Below, piece after piece: positions 1 to 6,188 of a stretch of DNA of 10,032 nt. The stretch comes from Escherichia coli (lineage in GTDB: Bacteria; Pseudomonadota; Gammaproteobacteria; Enterobacterales; Enterobacteriaceae), in NCBI RefSeq assembly GCF_036507355.1, contig NZ_AP027880.1; one strand, given 5' to 3'. Under the pieces are notes generated by a model, which saw only the letters and a program-made list of their open reading frames with translations, was not told the origin of the DNA and did no database searches. Every line of letters starts with the position of its first letter. Position 1 is the first letter of the stretch. A program made the position numbers and the translations under genes.

Positions 1-312
1 GACCAACAGGGATACAGCTCTGCCACTGCCGTGAGCGCGGACGGCAGCACGGTCGTGGGGGGGGCTGATTACGATCTCACGGCAGGCGGGACGGGCAGGC
101 ATGCATTTCGCTGGACCAGTGCGGGCGGCATGCAGGATTTGGGCGACTTTACGTCCGACCAACAGGGATCCAGCTCTGCCACTGCCGTGAGCGCGGATGG
201 CAGCGTGGTGGCGGGAATCGCAAGCAATGACGCAGGAGAAATGCGTGCATTTATTTACAAAGCGCCTCAGTCGCCAACAGACCCTAATCTACCGATCCAA
301 GACTACGAGAAT
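1..312 (+). repeat. One complete 156-bp HAF repeat unit (1..156) plus one degenerate unit (157..~312), the continuation of the tandem array at 9097..10032
   Basis: 1..156 is near-identical to the units at 9253 and 9409; the second unit diverges after about 60 bp into the linker region. Confidence 0.85.
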
Positions 313-1245
313 GTCCTCAAGTCGTTTCCTAAGTTGGCCGCCGACAAAGAGTTGGCTGCTGCGCAGCAGCAGCTAGGTATGCAGCGCTTGTTGACTTCGC
401 AATGTTCAGCAGGGCAAGCGGAGCAAAGCTGCTTGGTGGTCTCTGGCTCGTTGGATACGGCAGGCTCTGACGGCCCAATTGGTCGCCGTCAGCAAACAGC
501 GGGGACTGTCACACTAGGGCGAGGTCTTGATGAGCGCTGGACGGTGGGGGCAAGCTTGTCGCTGGCGCACTCGAGCTTGCACCACAACGCAGTAAATCCT
601 AAGAATGCTTATGGCGTAAGTGGCTGGGTGAACTACAGCGAGCATGGCTTGTCCGGTCTTGGCTGGCAGATGGATGCAGCCATTGGTTATGCGAAGAACA
701 AGAGCACCATCACCCGTGGTCAGGGCCTTGAGCATGTTCACCTGGTGCAGGGCACAAGCAATTTAGACACAGTGGCAGCTCGTATTGCCTTGGGGTTTGG
801 CATCCAGCAGCGTCATGGATGGACTTTGACGCCAGCAGTGTCTGTGACACAGCAAAACAGCAAGTTTGCAGCTTACAGTGAGTCGCCTTCAGCCTTTACT
901 GCGTCGTACGATAAATCGGAGCTTAAAACGACTGTGTTGGGAGTGGATCTGAGTGCCAAGAAGTCTTTGAGCGACAAGTCGCAGCTGCGTTTAGCGGTAG
1001 GCGTTGAGCAAGACCTTAAAACGGATCGTATGAAGCTGGCTGGCGTCTCTGATGTTCCAGGAGCGCAGCGATTTAACTTAGAGAGTGCTTTAGAGCGCAA
1101 GAAACTGCGTCCTTATGCCTCTGTGGGATACCGCTATCAAGTCAGTGCACAGGGGGCTGTGTTTGTGAACACAGGCGTGATGCGGGATATGTTCTCGAAC
1201 AAACCCAACGTGGGTGTGCAGGTCGGTTATAGCGCACGGTTTTAA
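1..1245 (+). CDS. HAF-repeat autotransporter, C-terminal part: last HAF repeats, linker and autotransporter beta-barrel translocator domain. The 5' end runs off the window start and is probably continuous with 9010..10032 on a circular molecule.
   Basis: Frame 1 is open from base 1 (track ORF 31..1245 is only the first in-frame GTG). The N-terminal part is the same 52-aa repeat seen at 9097..10032 (…GTGRHAFRWTSAGGMQDLGD…). The C-terminal ~280 aa has the alternating-hydrophobic pattern of an autotransporter beta domain and ends …VGVQVGYSARF-stop, the typical terminal aromatic signature. A terminator follows. Confidence 0.85.
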   Translation, partial: DQQGYSSATAVSADGSTVVGGADYDLTAGGTGRHAFRWTSAGGMQDLGDFTSDQQGSSSATAVSADGSVVAGIASNDAGEMRAFIYKAPQSPTDPNLPIQDYENVLKSFPKLAADKELAAAQQQLGMQRLLTSQCSAGQAEQSCLVVSGSLDTAGSDGPIGRRQQTAGTVTLGRGLDERWTVGASLSLAHSSLHHNAVNPKNAYGVSGWVNYSEHGLSGLGWQMDAAIGYAKNKSTITRGQGLEHVHLVQGTSNLDTVAARIALGFGIQQRHGWTLTPAVSVTQQNSKFAAYSESPSAFTASYDKSELKTTVLGVDLSAKKSLSDKSQLRLAVGVEQDLKTDRMKLAGVSDVPGAQRFNLESALERKKLRPYASVGYRYQVSAQGAVFVNTGVMRDMFSNKPNVGVQVGYSARF

Positions 1246-1306
1246 CGCGACATAGCGTTCAAACATTTCCTCAGCTCACGGTAAATCCTGCTTATCGATG
1301 GCAACA

Positions 1307-1332
1307 AAAAAGGCGCTCAAAGCGCCTTTTTT
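1307..1332. terminator. Rho-independent terminator, potentially bidirectional, downstream of the autotransporter gene
   Basis: A-run (1307..1312), GC stem ggcgc/gcgcc with 4-nt loop (1313..1326), then T6 (1327..1332). Confidence 0.7.
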
Positions 1333-1383
1333 GCGTCTGGTGCTACCATGCGAGCTACATGTATCTCAAAAGGAGTTGATGCC

Positions 1384-1527
1384 ATGTCTGTATCTCTTCG
1401 CCTACCCCCAGAACTGAACCAGCGTCTGAGCAACTTGGCCGAGCGTGAGCTGGAAGCGGTGCGTGCCGGTAAATCCAAGGCCGTGCCTTTGGAAGACGTT
1501 ATGAAGCAGTATGGCTTGGCAGATTGA
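1384..1527 (+). CDS. Ribbon-helix-helix type II antitoxin (RelB/ParD-like), 47 aa
   Basis: ATG at 1384 with AAGGAG about 9 nt upstream. N-terminus MSVSLRLPPELNQRLSNLAE is a classic RHH beta-strand plus helix. The stop overlaps the start of the downstream toxin ORF (ATGGCTTGGCAGATTGA), typical TA coupling. Confidence 0.7.
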   Translation: MSVSLRLPPELNQRLSNLAERELEAVRAGKSKAVPLEDVMKQYGLAD

Positions 1528-1711
1528 ACTGTCCGAAGGTGCTGTCAAAAACCTCAAGCAGCTCGACCACCAACACGCCCGACGCATCCTGAGCTTTTTG
1601 CACGGTCGCGTGGCGCAACTTGATGACCCGCGCAGCATTGGCGAGGCACTCAAAGGCTCCAAGCTGGGGGAGCTTTGGAAGTACTGCGTGGGGGACTACC
1701 GAATCATATGA
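1511..1711 (+). CDS. RelE/ParE-family toxin, apparently C-terminally truncated (66 aa; ends …WKYCVGDYRII-stop)
   Basis: MAWQIELSEGAVKNLKQLD…RRILSFL…DPRSIGEALKGSKLGELWKYCVGDYRII matches the N-terminal two-thirds of RelE/ParE toxins. The usual C-terminal strand with catalytic Arg/Tyr (…V.V.RVGHR…Y) is missing. The stop overlaps the ATG of the next ORF (cATATGAc). Confidence 0.6.
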   Translation: MAWQIELSEGAVKNLKQLDHQHARRILSFLHGRVAQLDDPRSIGEALKGSKLGELWKYCVGDYRII

Positions 1712-1947
1712 CACAAGATAAGTGGCTGGCCGAACGGCTGGCATACCTGCGCGGCTTGAAGGCTCCCAGCGATCAACAGCGCCTGCTGCTGATGCTGGCC
1801 GACAAGCCCGACCGCACCGCCGACGCCGTCCGCATCATCAACGCCGAGAAGGCCGCCGAGAGGAAGGCCCGTCCGACGATCTGCCGACCCGCATCACCCT
1901 GCCCAAGTAAGGCCGTAGCCGCTTCGCGGTGCCTTCGGCAGCCTTGA
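1708..1947 (+). CDS. Small hypothetical protein (MTQDKWLAERLAYLRGLKAPSDQQRLLLMLADKPDRTADAVRIINAEKAAERKA…); C-terminal extent uncertain (possible frameshift, alternative stop at 1910)
   Basis: ATG at 1708 overlaps the relE-like stop. A diverged paralogous start (MTQNKWLNERLAYIRGLKAPNDH…) occurs at 8792, with mostly synonymous third-position differences over the first ~28 codons. The track ORF 1675..1947 is over-extended upstream. Confidence 0.45.
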   Translation: MTQDKWLAERLAYLRGLKAPSDQQRLLLMLADKPDRTADAVRIINAEKAAERKARPTICRPASPCPSKAVAASRCLRQP

Positions 1948-2023
1948 CCCTTCCCCTACGCTCAAAACGCGCTGTAGGCCCTTCTACGGGCCTTGGCGAC
2001 CCCTTCCCTTCCTGATTGCCGAA

Positions 2024-2078
2024 GCCGGAGGGGGAGCCGCCGCCGCAGGCGGTGGGGGAACCCCGCAGGGGTGCCCCA
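2024..2078. repeat. 55-bp GC-rich direct repeat, copy 1 (identical to 6089..6143); short hairpin-forming subunits
   Basis: gccggagggggagccgccgccgcaggcggtgggggaaccccgcaggggtgcccca is identical at both loci. Homology extends about 5-10 bp upstream (gatt…) with a 5-bp indel. Confidence 0.9.
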
Positions 2079-2098
2079 TGTCCTTGTCGCAGCAGCGT

Positions 2099-2170
2099 TT
2101 TCCACAGGTTGTGGCGGCCAATTACAGGTTTAGATTTATAGGATTCTTTTTTTAAAGGCTTAACCTATCG
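2099..2170. promoter_or_regulatory. oriV AT-rich region with a DnaA-box-like sequence
   Basis: TTTTCCACA at 2099..2107 (8/9 match to TTATCCACA), followed by an AT-rich stretch (ttacaggtttagatttataggattctttttttaaagg) immediately before the iterons. Confidence 0.55.
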
Positions 2171-2175
2171 GTTTA

Positions 2176-2284
2176 GGGGGGGTCCGATTTAACGGGAAAA
2201 AGGGGGTCCGATTTAACGTGGATAAGTACCCTTGGGGGGGTCCGATTTATCGAGGTGGGGGGGTCCGATTTAACGTGGATAAGT
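2176..2284. repeat. oriV iterons: four direct repeats of GGGGG(GG)TCCGATTTAACG, two extended by CGTGGATAA (DnaA-box-like); a fifth degenerate copy at 2397..2414
   Basis: TCCGATTTAACG/TCCGATTTATCG cores start at 2183, 2207, 2241 and 2264 (spacing 24/34/23 bp). cgtggataa at 2217..2225 and 2274..2282. Located directly downstream of the initiator gene, as in pVS1-type replicons. Confidence 0.85.
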
Positions 2285-2446
2285 GGCGCTATCGACAGGG
2301 TTGTGCACCGTTTTGGTCCCGCTGGGGTTTTCGGACACTTCCAGAGACATAAAACCCCGGAGATTCAATGCGTTGCACACGAATCGCCGGGGTCTAGGGG
2401 GGGCCGATCTAACGACACGTTTGTCGGACACTTCAAGGGGTTAGCG

Positions 2447-3442
2447 TTACTCGGTCGGACCGCCCTTGTAAGAGATCGGCGGCGGGGAACCGAGCAGCAG
2501 GACGCCGCCCGTGACCGGCTTCACCTTGGCCTGCGGATAGACGGCCAGAACCTTCTTGAGGGCCGGCACAAACTTCTTCTTGAAGTCCTTGTCAGCATCC
2601 TTGCCGGTGTACTCCTGCGCGAACTGCTCGCGCAGAGACTTCCAGTGCAAAGTGACGCCGCGTCCCTCGATGCGATGCAGCCGGTGGGCCAGCCAAGCGT
2701 AGACATCGAGCGCCAGCGCCGAACCTTTCAGGGCCATCAGGGCGCGGTTGTCGAGCGGTACGGCGCTTTGCATCAGTGACGTGAAATAGCCCTCGGACAA
2801 CACCATCGTGCCCGGCCATAGCGCCCGCTGCTTGGTGTCGCGGTTCGCCATCCATGCGTCGAACTGCTCGACCGGCTGTCCATTGAAGGTGCGGCCCTTG
2901 AAGCCAAGTTGCAGACGGCAGGCGGCCAGCGCGTGCATCTGCTTGCGCAGGGTCGCATAGCGCGCCCCTTGGTCGTCCAAGCCCATCAGGCTAAGGAACT
3001 CGGCCGCGCTATCACCGATCTTGATTTCGCGCTCCTTGTTGCGCACGGCAAAGGTGGACACCCACGCCAGCGCCAGCCGGGGCATGACGCCATAGGGGAT
3101 CGGTTGCAGCACCGGCCCGTTGCCTTCGTCCAGATAACCGGCCTGCACGTTCACCCACGCGGCCCCGGACTGGCGCATGAACTCGCGCCCCTCGACCTTG
3201 GCGCGGGGCAAGCCGACCTGACAAAGCACGGCGTGAGTAAACGCCATGTCCTCGCCGCTCGGCGGGTTCGTGGCGATTTCGGCGGCCGCGTCGATCAGGT
3301 TTATCTTTTGGCGACTGATGAATGACAGGCTCTTATTGCTCTGCCCTTTAGATGCCGTAGCGTCGGCCGCCCGCTTAACCTCGCGCGGCACAATGTTGCC
3401 AAGCAGCGAACCGATGGGCTGGGGGCCGTTAGATTTGCTCAT
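2447..3442 (-). CDS. repA: Plasmid replication initiator protein (iteron-binding RepA; TrfA/pVS1-RepA-like family assignment tentative)
   Basis: 331-aa ORF ending 30 bp from the iteron cluster, co-directional with and immediately downstream of the parA-parG operon. GGAGAT RBS about 9 nt upstream of the ATG at 3442. Family call is from synteny and recalled motifs (…SALALDVYAWLAHRL…), not a search. Confidence 0.7.
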   Translation of the reverse strand: MSKSNGPQPIGSLLGNIVPREVKRAADATASKGQSNKSLSFISRQKINLIDAAAEIATNPPSGEDMAFTHAVLCQVGLPRAKVEGREFMRQSGAAWVNVQAGYLDEGNGPVLQPIPYGVMPRLALAWVSTFAVRNKEREIKIGDSAAEFLSLMGLDDQGARYATLRKQMHALAACRLQLGFKGRTFNGQPVEQFDAWMANRDTKQRALWPGTMVLSEGYFTSLMQSAVPLDNRALMALKGSALALDVYAWLAHRLHRIEGRGVTLHWKSLREQFAQEYTGKDADKDFKKKFVPALKKVLAVYPQAKVKPVTGGVLLLGSPPPISYKGGPTE

Positions 3443-3469
3443 AAGGCGATCTCCACCGGCATGGCCGGG

Positions 3470-3727
3470 CTAGTTATTGTGGCGCTGCTCGTATTCATCG
3501 AAGGCCAGCCGCAACAGCTCGTTTAGCTTGAGGTCGTGGGCCGCTGCGAACATGCGGAAACGTCGACGCAGCTCGGCCGACACGCGGAAATTGAGCGGCA
3601 CATTGTTCGCCGAGGCCTCGGCCTCGGCCTTCACCTTGGGGGTGCAGGTCGGCATGTCGGCAACCGGCGCGGCGCTGCCCTTCGTGGCAACAAGGCCGGT
3701 CAAATCAGCGGGCTTCTTGGTAGCCAT
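3470..3727 (-). CDS. parG: ParG-like ribbon-helix-helix partition protein (centromere-binding partner of ParA)
   Basis: 85 aa with a C-terminal RHH fold signature (LNFRVSAELRRRFRMFAAAHDLKLNELLRLAFDEY) and a flexible Ala/Lys-rich N-terminus. Its ATG (3725..3727) lies 1 nt from the parA stop. Confidence 0.75.
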   Translation of the reverse strand: MATKKPADLTGLVATKGSAAPVADMPTCTPKVKAEAEASANNVPLNFRVSAELRRRFRMFAAAHDLKLNELLRLAFDEYEQRHNN

Positions 3728-3728
3728 A

Positions 3729-4379
3729 TTAAACGGTTTCCTTCTTTTTGGTTATCTTCTTAGCGTTCATGCGTTCTTGCACGAAAGCTAAAAGCTGGGA
3801 GATTTCCTCGGCGCTGCGGCTCTTGGGGTCGCTCTCGCCTACGGTGCGGCCGTCCACCATCGAGGCGGCATAGTCCACGCGGTCATGCACGATGGCTGGG
3901 GCTACAGCCCCATGCGCGGACAAGGCGGCCACGGCCTGAACGGTAAGCCGCGCGGTCGGCTTGGCCTGCGTCACGGCGAAGGCGAAAGGCCGGCCGGTTT
4001 CCTGCGCAATGTCCACGGTGCTGCCTACGGCCCGCAGGTCGTGCGGGCTGGGCCGGGTCGGGATCAACACAAGGTCGGCCAGCTTCACCACGTCGCGGAT
4101 AGCCTCGGTGATGGCCGGCGGGGTGTCGATCACGGCCAGCTTGAAACCAGCCTCGGCCAGCGCCCGCAGCTTGGCGGGCAGCTCGGCCAGCGAGGCGGCG
4201 GCCAGTGCCGGGGTGTCGTCCTCGCGGGAGTTCCACCACGCCGAAAGTGACCCTTGCGGGTCAGTGTCGAGCAGGACCGCCGGGCCGGCTCCTGCCTGTT
4301 CGGCGGCAACCGCAAGGTGCGCCGCTAGGGTGGTTTTCCCGGCTCCCCCCTTCTGGCTTGCTAGAACAAGGATTTTCAC
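3729..4379 (-). CDS. parA: ParA-family partition ATPase (small type Ib Walker-type, 216 aa)
   Basis: Deviant Walker A MKILVLASQKGGAGKTT at the N-terminus. GTG start at 4379 with AGAGGG RBS 5 nt upstream. Followed by the RHH partner gene. Confidence 0.9.
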   Translation of the reverse strand: MKILVLASQKGGAGKTTLAAHLAVAAEQAGAGPAVLLDTDPQGSLSAWWNSREDDTPALAAASLAELPAKLRALAEAGFKLAVIDTPPAITEAIRDVVKLADLVLIPTRPSPHDLRAVGSTVDIAQETGRPFAFAVTQAKPTARLTVQAVAALSAHGAVAPAIVHDRVDYAASMVDGRTVGESDPKSRSAEEISQLLAFVQERMNAKKITKKKETV

Positions 4380-4454
4380 ATGCGCCCTCTTGATTCGTGT
4401 TGGGACGCTTTAATGATAGCCAAAAAGCACGCATCTTGCAGAGTCTATTGAACA

Positions 4455-4474
4455 AAAGCACGCTTGCGTGCTTT
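4455..4474. promoter_or_regulatory. 20-bp palindrome aaagcacgc-tt-gcgtgcttt upstream of parA, with an extra half-site at 4424..4432; candidate par operator or centromere-like site
   Basis: Perfect 9-bp arms; the half-site aaagcacgc is repeated 31 bp away. Lies in the parA leader/promoter region. Confidence 0.45.
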
Positions 4475-4475
4475 C

Positions 4476-4526
4476 TGGATTGTGCAATCCAAAAGCCGGG
4501 GCGGCCGGCGCGTGTAATCGCAAACG
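4476..4526. repeat. Inverted repeat A (51 bp), perfect inverted copy of 5576..5626; contains palindromic core ggattgTGcaatcc and motif CGTGTAATCG
   Basis: The reverse complement of 5576..5626 is identical to 4476..4526 (checked base by base). Confidence 0.9.
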
Positions 4527-4557
4527 GGTAGGGAAGGGGAGGCCGGTTTCTGATGCC

Positions 4558-5190
4558 CTATGCCGCCGGAATCTGCCGGCGGGAGGCCCATATTCGTTTG
4601 ACCTGGCTCTCGCTGCATCCGGCCAGCCGGGCGGTTTCCGCGATGCTCGATCCGCCCTCACGCAAGGCCACGACGCGAGCGTGTAGCGCCCGGTTTGGTT
4701 TCCTACCTCTGTAGCGGCCGGCGGCCTTGGCAAGCTCTATGCCCTGCCGCTGCCGCTCGCGGCGGTCCTCGTAGTCGTCACGCGCCATCTGCAGGGCGAG
4801 GCGCAAGAGCATGTCTTGCACCGATTGCAGGACGATGCGGGCCACGCCCTCGGCCGTCTCGGTCAACTCTGACAGGTCCACCACGCCGGGCACGGCGAGC
4901 CGCGCGCCCTTGTCGCGGATCGCCTGCACAAGCTGCTCGGCCTCGGGCAAGGGCAGGCGGCTAATGCGGTCCATCTTCTCGGCAATGACAACCTCGCCGG
5001 CCTGCAAGTCCGCGATCATGCGCAACAGCTCGGGCCGGTCGGCGCGCGCGCCGGATGCCTTCTCACGATAGACGGCGGCCACGTAGTAGCCGGCCGCCTT
5101 CGCGCTCTCGATGATGGATTCTTGCCGGCGCACGTCCTGCTCGTCGGTGCTGACGCGGATATAGACCCGTGCGACCTTGGACGCTGCCAT
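4558..5190 (-). CDS. Small serine recombinase (resolvase/invertase family), about 211 aa
   Basis: N-terminal catalytic motif MAASKVARVYIRVSTDEQ and C-terminal HTH (SIAETARLAGCSESQVKRIW). Start placed at ATG 5188..5190 with AGGAGG 7 nt upstream; the track ORF (to 5310) is over-extended into the upstream gene. Confidence 0.85.
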   Translation of the reverse strand: MAASKVARVYIRVSTDEQDVRRQESIIESAKAAGYYVAAVYREKASGARADRPELLRMIADLQAGEVVIAEKMDRISRLPLPEAEQLVQAIRDKGARLAVPGVVDLSELTETAEGVARIVLQSVQDMLLRLALQMARDDYEDRRERQRQGIELAKAAGRYRGRKPNRALHARVVALREGGSSIAETARLAGCSESQVKRIWASRRQIPAA

Positions 5191-5201
5191 TTTGGTGCCT
5201 C

Positions 5202-5456
5202 CTACCGGATGCTCGGCATTCCGGTGCCCCGGAACATGGCTTTCTGCTGGGCCGCCATCGCGTTCTTGCAATTGGGCGTGTCGGCCAGCTCGCCGGGGTT
5301 GTTCCGGCATTCCGCGATCTGCGCCTTACGCTCGTCGGGATGGTCGAGGAAATAGGCCACGTCATGCACGGGGCGGGCGTCGGCCGCTTCGTCGCTGCTG
5401 GCAGGATTGCAGGCCGTCAGCACGGCCACGGCGGCGAGCGTCATCACAAGGCGCAT
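5202..5456 (-). CDS. Small lipoprotein, EexN/TrbK-like (entry-exclusion family resemblance; tentative), 84 aa
   Basis: Lipoprotein signal peptide with lipobox (MRLVMTLAAVAVLTAC). Mature part has the two-Cys pattern …HPDERKAQIAECRNNPGELADTPNCKNA…. AAGGAG RBS 7 nt upstream of the ATG at 5456; ends 11 bp before the recombinase start (operon). Confidence 0.6.
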   Translation of the reverse strand: MRLVMTLAAVAVLTACNPASSDEAADARPVHDVAYFLDHPDERKAQIAECRNNPGELADTPNCKNAMAAQQKAMFRGTGMPSIR

Positions 5457-5487
5457 AGTTTCTCCTTTGGCGCAGTTGGGTATTCCT

Positions 5488-5530
5488 AAATGCGCCCAGC
5501 ATAGCAGCTAGGGCGCATTTGGTGAATCCG
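5488..5530 (-). promoter_or_regulatory. Candidate promoter with overlapping palindromic operator for the lipoprotein-recombinase operon
   Basis: On the minus strand, TTCACC-17 nt-TATGCT lies about 30 nt upstream of the lipoprotein ATG. It overlaps the perfect 10-bp inverted repeat aaatgcgccc…gggcgcattt (5488..5520). Confidence 0.4.
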
Positions 5531-5575
5531 CGATGCTATTGCGCTAGGCTCGCAAAGCCGATCCATCTGCGCCAG

Positions 5576-5626
5576 CGTTTGCGATTACACGCGCCGGCCG
5601 CCCCGGCTTTTGGATTGCACAATCCA
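5576..5626. repeat. Inverted repeat B (51 bp); here the core sits in a full 30-bp palindrome cggcttttGGATTGcaCAATCCaaaagccg (5603..5632), a candidate serine-recombinase crossover site
   Basis: Perfect inverted identity with 4476..4526. Two 14-bp arms around a central CA dinucleotide (TG in copy A), the geometry of resolvase/invertase site I. Confidence 0.6.
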
Positions 5627-5634
5627 AAAGCCGT

Positions 5635-5678
5635 GTTCGCGCTTCGCCGGGCCATCCTCGACGCGGCGAAGCGCGAAC
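5635..5678. other. Perfect 15-bp inverted repeat with 14-nt spacer (gttcgcgcttcgccg…cggcgaagcgcgaac); candidate accessory recombinase-binding subsite or structural hairpin next to the crossover site
   Basis: Seen directly in sequence; lies 3 bp beyond the 30-bp palindrome. Confidence 0.4.
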
Positions 5679-5707
5679 GCGAGGCCAGCGGCCAATAGGC
5701 GAAAGGT

Positions 5708-5734
5708 CGGCCGGCTCTGCCGGCCGGCTTTTTT
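5708..5734 (+). terminator. Terminator-like GC hairpin followed by T6 in the intergenic region
   Basis: ggccgg-ctctg-ccggcc then ggc tttttt. No plus-strand gene lies immediately upstream, so the role is unclear. Confidence 0.35.
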
Positions 5735-6088
5735 CATGGAATCGGATCCCGGTCGCCGGCCGGGGATTCCTTCAACGTGTAATCGGTCACGCTAGAAAGC
5801 CATAGGACGCGCTAGGAGCGCCGCACCGGCCGGGCCGCTACCTTCCCCCTCCCCTGCCCTAAAGAACGCCGCCACGGGCTGCCAGCGCAGCCGTAGGCGT
5901 ATCAGATTACACGTGCCCCCCGGCCTCTTTTGGTGCTTTCCACCTATCAGCCCGCAACCAGGTCAAAGGAGATCCACGACACTGGCCGCCAGCTCTCTTC
6001 CCTGCCGAGCCTGCCGGCCGGTAGGCCGGCCCATCGCCGGCGCAGCCGGCGCTACAAAACGCTTCGGCCGCTTGCGGCCGTCCGATTA

Positions 6089-6143
6089 GCCGGAGGGGGA
6101 GCCGCCGCCGCAGGCGGTGGGGGAACCCCGCAGGGGTGCCCCA
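6089..6143. repeat. 55-bp GC-rich direct repeat, copy 2 (identical to 2024..2078), immediately upstream of the Rep_3 initiator RBS
   Basis: Exact 55/55 identity with copy 1. Confidence 0.9.
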
Positions 6144-6188
6144 AGGGGGGCGACGTCGCGGAGGGCCGCAGGCCCGGAGGTTGTCAGG

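Noticed and set aside
2255-2779. 174-aa plus-strand ORF starting inside the iterons and overlapping the 3' end of the initiator gene
   Set aside because: Begins within the origin repeats and runs antisense to the initiator gene; no RBS; composition-driven.
3883-4413. Multiple ORFs on both strands within the parA region, and 4410..4733 / 4695..5071 around the recombinase
   Set aside because: They overlap the strongly supported parA and recombinase genes in other frames; Arg/Pro/Gly-rich, typical GC artefacts.
4476-5626. IS element or MITE with terminal inverted repeats carrying the recombinase as transposase
   Set aside because: No flanking target-site duplication (flanks differ: …gctttc/gggtag… versus …gccag/aaaagc…). 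The repeats contain a palindromic crossover-type core typical of resolvase sites, and small resolvase-family recombinases are not known to mobilise TIR elements. Kept only as a low-probability alternative.
5708-5734. Terminator for a plus-strand gene upstream
   Set aside because: The hairpin plus T-run is real, but no plus-strand coding region lies upstream, so its function is unassigned.
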